Assembly (NCBI GenBank): GCA_012270795.1
Contig: JAAXHO010000237.1
Coordinates: 1,118-65,117 of the forward strand
Direction: 5' to 3'
Length of the DNA stretch: 64,000 nt
Source of the DNA: Candidatus Poribacteria bacterium
GTDB lineage: Bacteria > Poribacteria > WGA-4E > WGA-3G
Positions 11,222-20,168 of the stretch are shown here, in pieces (the first letter of the stretch is position 1; each line of letters opens with the position of its first letter). The position numbers were made by a program, and so were the translations under genes. The notes beneath the pieces were generated by a model. It was given only the letters and a program-made list of their open reading frames with translations. It had not been told where the DNA came from and made no database searches.

Positions 11222-12757
11222 ATGAAAAGAAGTATATGGATATCTATAATCTTGATTACGACATTGTGCCTGTTTGCAATAACGACGGTAGCAGATGCAC
11301 AAGAAGAAAGTGCTGTTGAGGCTCAAGAATATGTCCCATTAACGGACGCGTCTAAAAAGTCAAAGCAGGTTTACACACAACTCATGCATGCAGTCTATTC
11401 TCAGGCTTTTAATAAAGATATTTCTAACGCTAAGCGTATATATGACGAGTTGGTAATTCAAGCTGCAGACTCTGCTTTTGTTTGGTATAAACGTGGTAGG
11501 CTTCGCTACGTGATGCAGGATGTTCGGGGAGCTGAGAAGGATACCCGGCAAGCTCTCAAATTAAATCTTTTGCATGTTCAGGCAACGTGGCAGCTTGCGC
11601 AAATATTGGCAGACCGTGCTACACATGCGGGGCAAAGACCAGGTGAAGAAGTGTTGGAAACGCTAAAAAAAGTGGTTGAATTAGACTCTGGACATATCAT
11701 GGCACACCACATGCTGGCGAATTTGGCATACCAACACGGGGAGTTAGATATTGCGGAAACATCTTTCAAAGCCCTCACACGTGTTATGCCTTTTGAACCT
11801 ACTTTTCATAGTCGTCTTGGTGATCTTTATCAGCGTTTAGAAAAACCCCAAGAGGCAATTGATGCGTATAAGCGCGTCATTAAAATCAATCCAGATGATA
11901 TGAGGGTACTAAAATCTTTAGGGTACCTCTATTTGACGAATGGAGTATTGGAAGAGGCGCAGCAAACATATCAACAGATTCTTAGTGTAGAACCGCAGGA
12001 CGTTAGGTCTAATTTGGCGTTAGGTTTGGTATTGCAAGAAATGGCGCAGCGTGCAGTTGTATCAGAAAATGAAAATTCAGCAAGCGAAGGCATTGATAAA
12101 GAAAAACTCATTCAAGATGCAGAAAAGTATCTCGGACGCGCAATCTTCTTTTCGTCAGAAATTATTAATCGTACAGAAAACCAACGGCGTCGCAACGTAT
12201 ACAATAAGATATTAGTTGATGCACAGTTTGCCTTAGCAAATGTCTATTTCCTTTTTGAAGACCTTGAGAAAGCCGAAGAGTTATTTTTGCAAGTTCTTGA
12301 AAACGATTCTACTCATGTGAATGCGACATACTTGCTCGGAGCAGTTTATCAGACGATGGATGAATTTGAGAAAGCAGAAAAGACTTTCCGTAAAGTGCTT
12401 TCTTTTGAACCAACACATGCAGATGCACTTAATGCGCTTGGCTATCTCTATGCGGAACGTGGAGTCAATCTTGATGAGGCTGAAGCATTAATTAAGCGTG
12501 CCCTCCAAAAATTTCCTAAAAATGGGGCATATCTTGATAGCCTTGGATGGGTGTTTTTTAAACAGGGACGTATAGCTGAATCTATCACTACTTTAGAAAG
12601 CGCGAATCAACAGATGCCAAATAGTGTAGAAGTGCTGATGCATCTTGGGGATGCATACCACAAGAATGGTGAACCTGATAAAGCGAACCGTATCTGGCAA
12701 CAAGCACTCACAATTGAACCTGATAACAGTGAATTGCAGGAACGCCTCAAGCAATAG
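11222..12757 (+). CDS. Secreted tetratricopeptide-repeat protein
   Basis: A signal peptide (MKRSIWISIILITTLCLFAITTVADAQ) is followed by multiple TPR-like 34-residue repeats with AY..A/LG..Y signatures. Confidence 0.7.
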   Translation: MKRSIWISIILITTLCLFAITTVADAQEESAVEAQEYVPLTDASKKSKQVYTQLMHAVYSQAFNKDISNAKRIYDELVIQAADSAFVWYKRGRLRYVMQDVRGAEKDTRQALKLNLLHVQATWQLAQILADRATHAGQRPGEEVLETLKKVVELDSGHIMAHHMLANLAYQHGELDIAETSFKALTRVMPFEPTFHSRLGDLYQRLEKPQEAIDAYKRVIKINPDDMRVLKSLGYLYLTNGVLEEAQQTYQQILSVEPQDVRSNLALGLVLQEMAQRAVVSENENSASEGIDKEKLIQDAEKYLGRAIFFSSEIINRTENQRRRNVYNKILVDAQFALANVYFLFEDLEKAEELFLQVLENDSTHVNATYLLGAVYQTMDEFEKAEKTFRKVLSFEPTHADALNALGYLYAERGVNLDEAEALIKRALQKFPKNGAYLDSLGWVFFKQGRIAESITTLESANQQMPNSVEVLMHLGDAYHKNGEPDKANRIWQQALTIEPDNSELQERLKQ

Positions 12758-12838
12758 TTTCAGGGAACACAATTATGTCATTTTAGGTTTGACAAGTGTT
12801 GCCATTGTTTCATCTTCAACCAAGAAAAGTCATGAAAG

Positions 12839-14545
12839 ATGCGATATACCATCATCACATTCCTCTTTCTAACGCTAACTCCATTAGTTCCAATAAGTGA
12901 GGCGTTCCGTTGTGGGACACCTCACCTAAAACATGACATAGTACCGCAACTCCCATCCGTTTCAGCATCAGCACCAACAATCCCGGCAGCTCCAACCCTT
13001 TCTATTGGATTCCAACGTCCATTTTTTGCAATTGACTTCGCGCAAAAACAGCAGTATACAATCAATGCAACACTGCGTGCAAGTGGTACCCACTGTTATA
13101 TTTTTGTTGAAGATGCGGTGTGGCAAGAACATGTTAATGCACACACATTGCAAACTATCCAAAGAGCATTTGATACAGCAACACCAGCTGACCCACGACG
13201 TGGAATATATGACATCTTATCCGAAGACTTCGGTCCACCACCAGATGTTGATGGTAACGAAAAAGTTATCCTGCTTTTTCTCAACATCCGTGATAGAAGT
13301 GCCAGTCAAGGTACTGCAGGATATTTTATGCCGGTTGATCAACATAGTGGTGTACTTCACCATCCTACATTGGGACCTCTACATAGTAACGAAGCGGACA
13401 TTCTCTATATTAACTCAAAAAACTATCCTACAAATGCAGGTACGGTAGAAGCGGTTATTGCCCATGAACTTCAACACCTTATCAATTATAAGTATTCGCC
13501 TAAGGAGGAAATATGGGTAGACGAAGGATGTGCTGAATATGCTGCGTTTCATTGCGGTTATGACCTTTACCAACATATTCAAGCTTTTCAAAAAACACCA
13601 CATATCTCATTGACAGACTGGACGCAGATGGGGGATACGCATTTACTATCACACTATGGGGCTGCCTTCTTTTTTATGATGTATCTTCATGATCATTACG
13701 GTGGAACTTCAACGCTTGCAGCACTTGTCCAAAATCCCAAGGATGGTATTACGGGTATAACAGATACGTTGGCGGCGCAGGGAAAACCGAACACATTTGC
13801 GAATATTTTTGCAGATTGGAAAGTGGCGAATTATCTTACTACATGGAGGCTGCTTGGGGTTGTAGAAAACACTTTTCAGTATCACAGTTTGCGTCCGGTG
13901 ATTCAACCGATATTCACACATCGCGCCTATCCAGTAAACGGCAGAAACAAGACGCTTGCTAATTTTAGCGCGCACGCGATTGAATATAAGGCTGCAACTG
14001 CAGGGCAAGCAGGTTTAAATCTTAGTTATTCAACCCAACGGAATACACCTATTGATATCAAAGTTGCGTTTCTACAAAACACAGGTGAAGTGCTTGTTGA
14101 ATCGCTGCGACTAAAGACGACCGATGGTACTGCATCGTTAGATATACCCACTTTTGGGACTGCTATTCAACGTGTACTGCTGATACCAAGTCTGCAAGTA
14201 GAAAGTAGAAGTTTTGTGCAACAATATGTAACCTATAACTATAATGCGTATGAGGGGAACTTAGGGACCTACACCACACATGTATTGCCGAATCCGATCC
14301 ATCCGAATTATTGGGAAATTATTGCTGTGCCAACTGAAGCATCTGGTATCCATTCACTTACTGCAACAGTTAGGTACCAGAACCGCATGCTGTTTGATGC
14401 TGAACCGATGGCGCATATTGAACAAAAAGACCGACTGATCTATCGTTATGTTTTTCATCTTAAACCTGAGGTTGAAGTAGAATCGGTAGAATGGGTTGTC
14501 AAACGCGGTGACACTATTATTGACGAAGGAGCTTTAAAAGATTAG
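12839..14545 (+). CDS. Secreted M1-like gluzincin zinc metallopeptidase (HEXXH then E)
   Basis: A signal peptide precedes the motif AHELQHLINY...WVDEGCAEYAAF, which matches HExxH-x16-E with a W-x-EG-A-Y glutamate as in M1/MA peptidases. Confidence 0.55.
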   Translation: MRYTIITFLFLTLTPLVPISEAFRCGTPHLKHDIVPQLPSVSASAPTIPAAPTLSIGFQRPFFAIDFAQKQQYTINATLRASGTHCYIFVEDAVWQEHVNAHTLQTIQRAFDTATPADPRRGIYDILSEDFGPPPDVDGNEKVILLFLNIRDRSASQGTAGYFMPVDQHSGVLHHPTLGPLHSNEADILYINSKNYPTNAGTVEAVIAHELQHLINYKYSPKEEIWVDEGCAEYAAFHCGYDLYQHIQAFQKTPHISLTDWTQMGDTHLLSHYGAAFFFMMYLHDHYGGTSTLAALVQNPKDGITGITDTLAAQGKPNTFANIFADWKVANYLTTWRLLGVVENTFQYHSLRPVIQPIFTHRAYPVNGRNKTLANFSAHAIEYKAATAGQAGLNLSYSTQRNTPIDIKVAFLQNTGEVLVESLRLKTTDGTASLDIPTFGTAIQRVLLIPSLQVESRSFVQQYVTYNYNAYEGNLGTYTTHVLPNPIHPNYWEIIAVPTEASGIHSLTATVRYQNRMLFDAEPMAHIEQKDRLIYRYVFHLKPEVEVESVEWVVKRGDTIIDEGALKD

Positions 14546-14581
14546 TTTTTAGAACTGATTGCTATAAATAAGGAGGTATTT

Positions 14582-15562
14582 ATGCCGAACACACTATATG
14601 CAGGAACAATTGGACAGAGTATTTGGCGGAGCATTGACACAGGTAAAACTTGGCGGCGCGCAAGTAACGGCGTTTTTCCAGAAGCGGACGTGCGCGCAAT
14701 TGTTGTACATCCAACAGATTCAAATGTCCTATATGCAGGAACTGAAAAAGGGGTTGTTAAAACGACAGATGGTGGCAATTCTTGGGAACACATGCCAAGC
14801 GATATGGACAGTCGAGAAGTGTGGTCGCTCGCTATTCATCCGACTGAACCTGATACGCTTTATGCTGGTACTTGTCCGTCTGCTTTTTTCAAAACGACAG
14901 ACGGTGGTGAGACGTGGGCACAACTTGATGCGGAACTTGCACAAGAATGTGAGGGGATTCCTATTATCCCACGCGTGACTACGATTATTATAGACCCAGA
15001 AGACTATGACACTGTTTATGCGGGTATTGAAATTGACGGGATGCGTCTCAGCACTGACGGTGGAAAAACGTGGGATGAAAGAAGTGATGGGTTAAGCAGC
15101 TTGGACATTCATGGTCTGACAGTAGTTCCAGGTGAGCAAAAAACACTTGTTGCTGCGACAAATAACGATGTGTGTATTACCACAAATATGCGTAATTGGA
15201 CACCGTTGCAGGTCCGTGAACATTTCCCGTGGCCTTATACTCGTGCTGCATTCTATCTCAACGGAGACAATGCTAAAGTCTTTATCGGAGCAGGGAATGG
15301 GCCTCCTGGTGACCAAGGCGGTATCTTCTATATACGGGATACATATAACGTGCAAGATGCGTCGACAATTCGTTGGGATCGTTCTGATATTGGAATGACT
15401 GCAAATAGCACGATTTGGACCTTCGGTTATAATCCACGTGTTAACGGATTGATAATTGCCTGTAGCGTGAGTGGACAACTTTTCTTGAGTGAAGACAATG
15501 GCGGATCTTGGGAGAAGTTAGCACATGAATTCGGAGAGGTGCGAGCTTTAGCGGTTGCTTAA
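14582..15562 (+). CDS. BNR/Asp-box repeat beta-propeller protein (Ycf48/sialidase-like fold)
   Basis: The ORF has repeated S-x-D-x-G-x-T-W motifs (SIDTGKTW, TTDGGNSW, TTDGGETW, STDGGKTW, SEDNGGSW), each preceded by LYAGT. Confidence 0.7.
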   Translation: MPNTLYAGTIGQSIWRSIDTGKTWRRASNGVFPEADVRAIVVHPTDSNVLYAGTEKGVVKTTDGGNSWEHMPSDMDSREVWSLAIHPTEPDTLYAGTCPSAFFKTTDGGETWAQLDAELAQECEGIPIIPRVTTIIIDPEDYDTVYAGIEIDGMRLSTDGGKTWDERSDGLSSLDIHGLTVVPGEQKTLVAATNNDVCITTNMRNWTPLQVREHFPWPYTRAAFYLNGDNAKVFIGAGNGPPGDQGGIFYIRDTYNVQDASTIRWDRSDIGMTANSTIWTFGYNPRVNGLIIACSVSGQLFLSEDNGGSWEKLAHEFGEVRALAVA

Positions 15563-15896
15563 TCCTCAAACAAAAAGACAGAAGTTAAAAATGGATATCT
15601 GCATGTTTATGAATGTGGTTTATGAAAAATATTGACTTAAAATTGTTATTTATGCTAAACTTTGTGAAATAGGTGGGTTGTGCTGAACGAATACCATTTC
15701 TAATTGATAATGTCTCTTTATTGAAACATAAACTTCCAGTTTGGGTTTCTGTTCTCCGTTCATTCCTAACAGCCGGTAATGAGAGAAAATTTAAAAGAAA
15801 TGGTATTAGCACACGGTCAACGCACCTGCAAACCCTTACCGACGCAAGATGTAATAAAGGATAATTAAAGTCTAATCAAGGAGGCATATCAATATT

Positions 15897-16664
15897 ATGC
15901 GTTTTTTTAGTTTTCTACTGATACCCCTTTTCCTTGTTTCAATCGCTGGATGCTTTGGTGGCGGTGAGATTAATATTGACACACCGCCAGATTTGAGTGA
16001 TGCGAAACGAATTATAGTTACCCCTTTTACCACTGAAGTTGATGAAATAAAGAACCTTGGCAGGCGAATTAGCAGCAATTTGGCAGGTAATTTAGAACTT
16101 GCACTAAAAGATATTGAATGGAAATATGACAAGTCAGACAAGGTGCGCCCTGTAGGAGAGAAAATTGATGAACTCGGAATTACCTTGGATGAGGTATACG
16201 CTTCTCCAGCATTCGCTGCAAAAGTAGGTCAAGCTCTGAATGCGGACATAATCATCACGGGTATGGTTTCGGAACCGAGAATTGAAAGTCGGGATTACAA
16301 TGAACATTTGAAGCGTCAGGGCCAGAATCCCGGTAGAGGGGGAACGTCGGCTTACATTCGGACTCGGCAAAGAGCAACTGGCGAAGTGCGAATTAAGGCA
16401 ATTGATGTTTCGTCAGGAAATGTGCTTTATAACAATGAGATTCGCTTGACGCTGAAGTATTGGTTTGCCTATCCAACCGATAGTAGTGGGCAAATCATTT
16501 TTAAGACTTCAGAGGAGATGATAGCTGACTTAGGTCTCCACTTGCCGAAACGAATTGCTTATAAGTTTTTTCCAACTGGATTGAATGAAGAACCTGAAGA
16601 GAAGGTCTTACTCAAACCGGATCTTGTACTGATAGGTTCAGGGGGGAGAATAAAGTTTGATTAG
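15897..16664 (+). CDS. Hypothetical lipoprotein
   Basis: The signal peptide carries the lipobox SIAGC (MRFFSFLLIPLFLVSIAGCFGG). The 255-aa protein matches no family I recognise. Confidence 0.55.
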   Translation: MRFFSFLLIPLFLVSIAGCFGGGEINIDTPPDLSDAKRIIVTPFTTEVDEIKNLGRRISSNLAGNLELALKDIEWKYDKSDKVRPVGEKIDELGITLDEVYASPAFAAKVGQALNADIIITGMVSEPRIESRDYNEHLKRQGQNPGRGGTSAYIRTRQRATGEVRIKAIDVSSGNVLYNNEIRLTLKYWFAYPTDSSGQIIFKTSEEMIADLGLHLPKRIAYKFFPTGLNEEPEEKVLLKPDLVLIGSGGRIKFD

Positions 16665-16830
16665 AATTAACCTAAGTTGCTACCTACTTCAAAACACTCT
16701 TGTTGGAGGGGTTTCTAACCCCGATTAATGATAATTCGCATCAGCATTCGTTGTTTTTCTGTTTTTTGTTATCAATCGGGGTTAGAAACCCCTCCAACAA
16801 ATAATGGGTAGCAACTTGGGTTAGAATTAC
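16661..16830. repeat. MITE-like nested palindromic element, copy A
   Basis: The outer inverted repeat is ACCTAAGTTGCTACC / GGTAGCAACTTGGGT. The inner inverted repeat is CTTGTTGGAGGGGTTTCTAACCCCGAT / ATCGGGGTTAGAAACCCCTCCAACAA (27-bp arms). TTAGAATTA occurs as a direct repeat at both edges (16661-16669 and 16821-16829). The element begins at the lipoprotein stop codon. Confidence 0.7.
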
Positions 16831-16908
16831 TTTACTGTAAATGCCGCAGCAAAGTATAAGGCGGACTGAAGTTATAACTTTAGCCCGCCTTGTTTTATGG
16901 AGAGGGCT

Positions 16909-17391
16909 CTAATTCCCTTCAAGTTCTGCCGTTGGATCGGTATCTTGAAAGAATGCTTTTATCTGATGGGTGTACGCTTTACCGTGCTTCAGGAGTTCGG
17001 AGGACACATCATAAAGTTCAGGCGGCGAGAGACCTTCATACGGATTAGCAATTTTTTGGTAACAACTTAATGCATGTTCAAAGAACTTTAGTGTGTCAGC
17101 ATCAATTGCACCATTTTCTTTAATAACACGAAAGCCCTGGTGTTTCTGATACGGTGGGGTCTTTCCACTAAATTCTATGATGGCATTATTTATATCTACT
17201 GTCCGTTGTACAATCATCAGGAAGCAGCTTTTGACATAAGAATGCGTTAACCTATCAGCTGCAATATAATCTTCTTTATTCGCGGGAAGACCGTTTCGTA
17301 ACTGTCCAAAACATTCGTCCATATAGGATAATTTTGCTTTTACTGGATTGAAATGGCGGGATAAGTCTTGCTGTTGTGTTTCTTTTGACAT
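16909..17391 (-). CDS. Hypothetical cytoplasmic protein
   Basis: The 160-aa ORF has neither a signal peptide nor transmembrane helices. I could not confirm a HEPN/DUF86-type R-x4-6-H motif. Confidence 0.45.
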   Translation of the reverse strand: MSKETQQQDLSRHFNPVKAKLSYMDECFGQLRNGLPANKEDYIAADRLTHSYVKSCFLMIVQRTVDINNAIIEFSGKTPPYQKHQGFRVIKENGAIDADTLKFFEHALSCYQKIANPYEGLSPPELYDVSSELLKHGKAYTHQIKAFFQDTDPTAELEGN

Positions 17392-17536
17392 TATGTCCTC
17401 CTGGGATATTTATTGTATTTGCCAATCATTAAGTTAGACGTTGTTTATCACGAAAAGTTGTAATTGCACACAGAATTTATCAGAAGTAGAAGATATATAT
17501 TGAAGAAAACAGAAATAGGGGACAACTAACAATAAG

Positions 17537-18514
17537 ATGAAAGCAATTATCAGAAAAGGCGATGGAGGACCAGAAGTTCTGCAATTAGGTGAAGTGTTTC
17601 CACCTCAACCCACGGATACACAACTCTTGGTAGATGTCAAGGCGACTGCTCTAAACCGCTTGGACCTCATTCAACGACGGGGTGGCTATCCGCCACCTCC
17701 TGGCGAATCTGACATACTCGGTTTAGAAATTGCTGGCACAGTATCAGGTTTTGGGAAAGCACCTGCTGGATTTAATGAGGGTGATAGGGTTTTTGGACTT
17801 ATCGGCGGTGGTGGCTATGCGGAAAAAGCAGTCATTGACTACAGAATGGCGATGTTGATACCGGATGGTTGGAGTTTTGAAGAGGCTGCTGCTGTTCCTG
17901 AAGTCTTTTTTACAGCAAATGAAAATGTTTTTACATTAGGATGTCTTTCAGCAGATGAGTCTATACTGATTCACGCGGGGGGAAGTGGGGTCGGGACTGC
18001 GGGGATCCAGATTGCGAATCATGCTGGTGCGAGCGTTTTTGTAACCGCAGGCACAACCGAGAAAATTCAGGGTTGCAAAGCATTGGGGGCGATAGCAGGT
18101 ATTAACTATAAGAATTTGGATTTTGTTGATGAAATTGGACGGTTGACAGATGGAGAAGGTGTAGATGTCGTGTTGGATTTTATCGGTTCTTCCTATCTTG
18201 CAAGCAATTTGCAAATACTTAAAACGAAAGGACGTTTGTTACAGGTTGGATTGATGGGTGGTTCAACAGCAGAGATAGATTTAGGGACATTGATGCGTAA
18301 ACGGCTACATATTATTGGGTCTGTCATGCGTTCTCAATCCCTTGATGAAAAAATTGCTATCACGCAGCGATTTTCAGAACGTTGGATGCCAGCGTTAAAA
18401 GCAGGAACGATCCATCCTGTGATTGATAAGGTGTTTTCTTTATCACAAGTTCGTGAAGCACACGCGTATATGGAAGCAAATCGTAATTTTGGGAAGATTA
18501 TTTTGACGGTTTAG
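17537..18514 (+). CDS. qor: NADPH:quinone oxidoreductase (zinc-type ADH/MDR superfamily, Qor-like)
   Basis: The 325-aa ORF begins MKAIIRKGDGGPEVLQLGEV, has the GroES-like fold, and carries the glycine-rich cofactor loop HAGGSGVGTAGIQIA. Confidence 0.85.
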   Translation: MKAIIRKGDGGPEVLQLGEVFPPQPTDTQLLVDVKATALNRLDLIQRRGGYPPPPGESDILGLEIAGTVSGFGKAPAGFNEGDRVFGLIGGGGYAEKAVIDYRMAMLIPDGWSFEEAAAVPEVFFTANENVFTLGCLSADESILIHAGGSGVGTAGIQIANHAGASVFVTAGTTEKIQGCKALGAIAGINYKNLDFVDEIGRLTDGEGVDVVLDFIGSSYLASNLQILKTKGRLLQVGLMGGSTAEIDLGTLMRKRLHIIGSVMRSQSLDEKIAITQRFSERWMPALKAGTIHPVIDKVFSLSQVREAHAYMEANRNFGKIILTV

Positions 18515-18641
18515 AGTTATGTCTGTCAAAATATATTTGGTTGTGTTTTGCTGCTGGTTAACGCTAATTCTTTACCTATATATCATTGACATTCACCTTT
18601 GAATTATGTTATTTTAAGTATAGTGTAAGCAAGGAGGTTGG

Positions 18642-19694
18642 ATGCTGCATACAGAAACAGAGACAAGCGTTGCAAAAGAGATCCGTGATTTATTTGATCC
18701 TCGTATTGGACATTATCCTGATAAGAGTGCAAGGTGGTTGTTCAAGGTAAAAGAGAATGTTCGGGGTTTAGTTGAGATCGTTGCACAAGAATTGGTGGAT
18801 TACCTTGACTTTGACCAATTGAAGGAACTGAATAGGAGTTTTGTTGACGATAGGTTACGTGATGTCGTATCTGATATGGTGTTTAGCGTTCCATTTCGCA
18901 ATGCATCTGAAGTAGAGGACCTGACGATCTATATCCTAATAGAACATCAATCATCGGTGGACCCGATGATGGGATTTCGATTGTTATACTATATGTGCCA
19001 AATCTGGGATGGACAGTGGCGTGAAATGGAGGAAGCGAAGTTACCCAAAAACCAGTGGCGACTGCGTCCGATCCTGTCAATTGTCTATTACACTGGAGAA
19101 CAACGGTGGCAGATACCTTTGACACTTACTGCCGTCATGGATGTACCTGATGCGTTATCGCGGTTTGTGCCGTCGTTTGACACTTTATTTCTTGGTGTGA
19201 AGGATGCTGAAATTGATGAATTGACGAAAACAGGACATCCATTTGGTTGGTTACTTACAGTGTTGCAGCAGGAGCATGCAGACAAAACATCTATACATGA
19301 AGCGATGCGTGAAACTCTCTCACATTTGGATACATTACCCTCTGAGCAGACAGTGCAATACAGACAAGCGATTTTATATCTGTATTCTCTCGTGATTTTT
19401 CGCAGACCAGATGATGAACAAGAAGAACTGATACAACTTTTACGAACACATACACAAGACAAGGAGGTAGAAAACATTATTATGACAGGCGCAGAAGCAC
19501 TTATACAACAGGGTGTGATCCAAGAAAAGCAGGCAGCGGTGTTTAAGTTGTTACGGCATCACTTTGCTGATGTTCCTCAGTCCATAGTTGATGAAATAAA
19601 TGAGATTGAGGATATGAAGTTTCTTGATATACTTTTTGAGCAGATACTCAATGCCTCAACATTGTCGGATATTGAGTTACCGGAGAAACATTAA
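18642..19694 (+). CDS. Rpn/YhgA-like recombination-promoting nuclease (PD-(D/E)XK transposase-like, PDDEXK_7) with a C-terminal DUF4351-like tail
   Basis: The core has an ILIEHQS motif (the E-x-Q of Rpn-family nucleases) after FSVPFRNASEVEDLTIY. The tail MTGAEALIQQG...LSDIELPEKH is the part duplicated in the next ORF. Confidence 0.6.
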   Translation: MLHTETETSVAKEIRDLFDPRIGHYPDKSARWLFKVKENVRGLVEIVAQELVDYLDFDQLKELNRSFVDDRLRDVVSDMVFSVPFRNASEVEDLTIYILIEHQSSVDPMMGFRLLYYMCQIWDGQWREMEEAKLPKNQWRLRPILSIVYYTGEQRWQIPLTLTAVMDVPDALSRFVPSFDTLFLGVKDAEIDELTKTGHPFGWLLTVLQQEHADKTSIHEAMRETLSHLDTLPSEQTVQYRQAILYLYSLVIFRRPDDEQEELIQLLRTHTQDKEVENIIMTGAEALIQQGVIQEKQAAVFKLLRHHFADVPQSIVDEINEIEDMKFLDILFEQILNASTLSDIELPEKH

Positions 19695-19729
19695 GGGATT
19701 GTCTAATTTAGAGGATTAAAAATATCATC

Positions 19730-19978
19730 ATGACAGGCGCAGAAGCACTTATACAACAAGGTATTAAACAGGGCATTGAACAGGGCATAAAACAGGGTGT
19801 GATCCGAGCAAAACAAGCAGCGGTACTTAAATTGTTGTGGCATCAATTTACTGATGTTCCTCAATCAGTTGTCAATGAGATAAGTGAGATTGAGGACGTT
19901 AGATTGCTTGATATACTTTTTGAGCAGGCACTCAATGCAACAACATTGTCGGATATTGAGTTGCCGAATAGCGCGTAA
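19730..19978 (+). CDS. Standalone DUF4351-like fragment paralogous to the C-terminus of the upstream Rpn-like gene
   Basis: The 82-aa ORF MTGAEALIQQGIKQGIEQGIKQG...LSDIELPNSA has roughly 70% identity to residues ~284-350 of the 18642..19694 product. Confidence 0.55.
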   Translation: MTGAEALIQQGIKQGIEQGIKQGVIRAKQAAVLKLLWHQFTDVPQSVVNEISEIEDVRLLDILFEQALNATTLSDIELPNSA

Positions 19979-20168
19979 GATGCTGCCTACATCCTGACAA
20001 CCCCTTTCAAACAATTCATAAATATGAGAGTTCTAACAATTACAGCAGTTCAGAATTTGGTAATATTCACAATTGCAAATTTGAAATGATGATTCAATAG
20101 GTTCGCGTATGCCTAATATTTTTACATTCCTATATGTCATAGTGCGTCATTTGATACCCTCTCCCAAA

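Noticed and set aside
16909-17391. HEPN/HepT toxin call for the 160-aa protein
   Set aside because: The closest motif (DRLTHSY) has R-x2-H, not the canonical R-x4-6-H, and no nucleotidyltransferase partner gene is adjacent. It is left as hypothetical.
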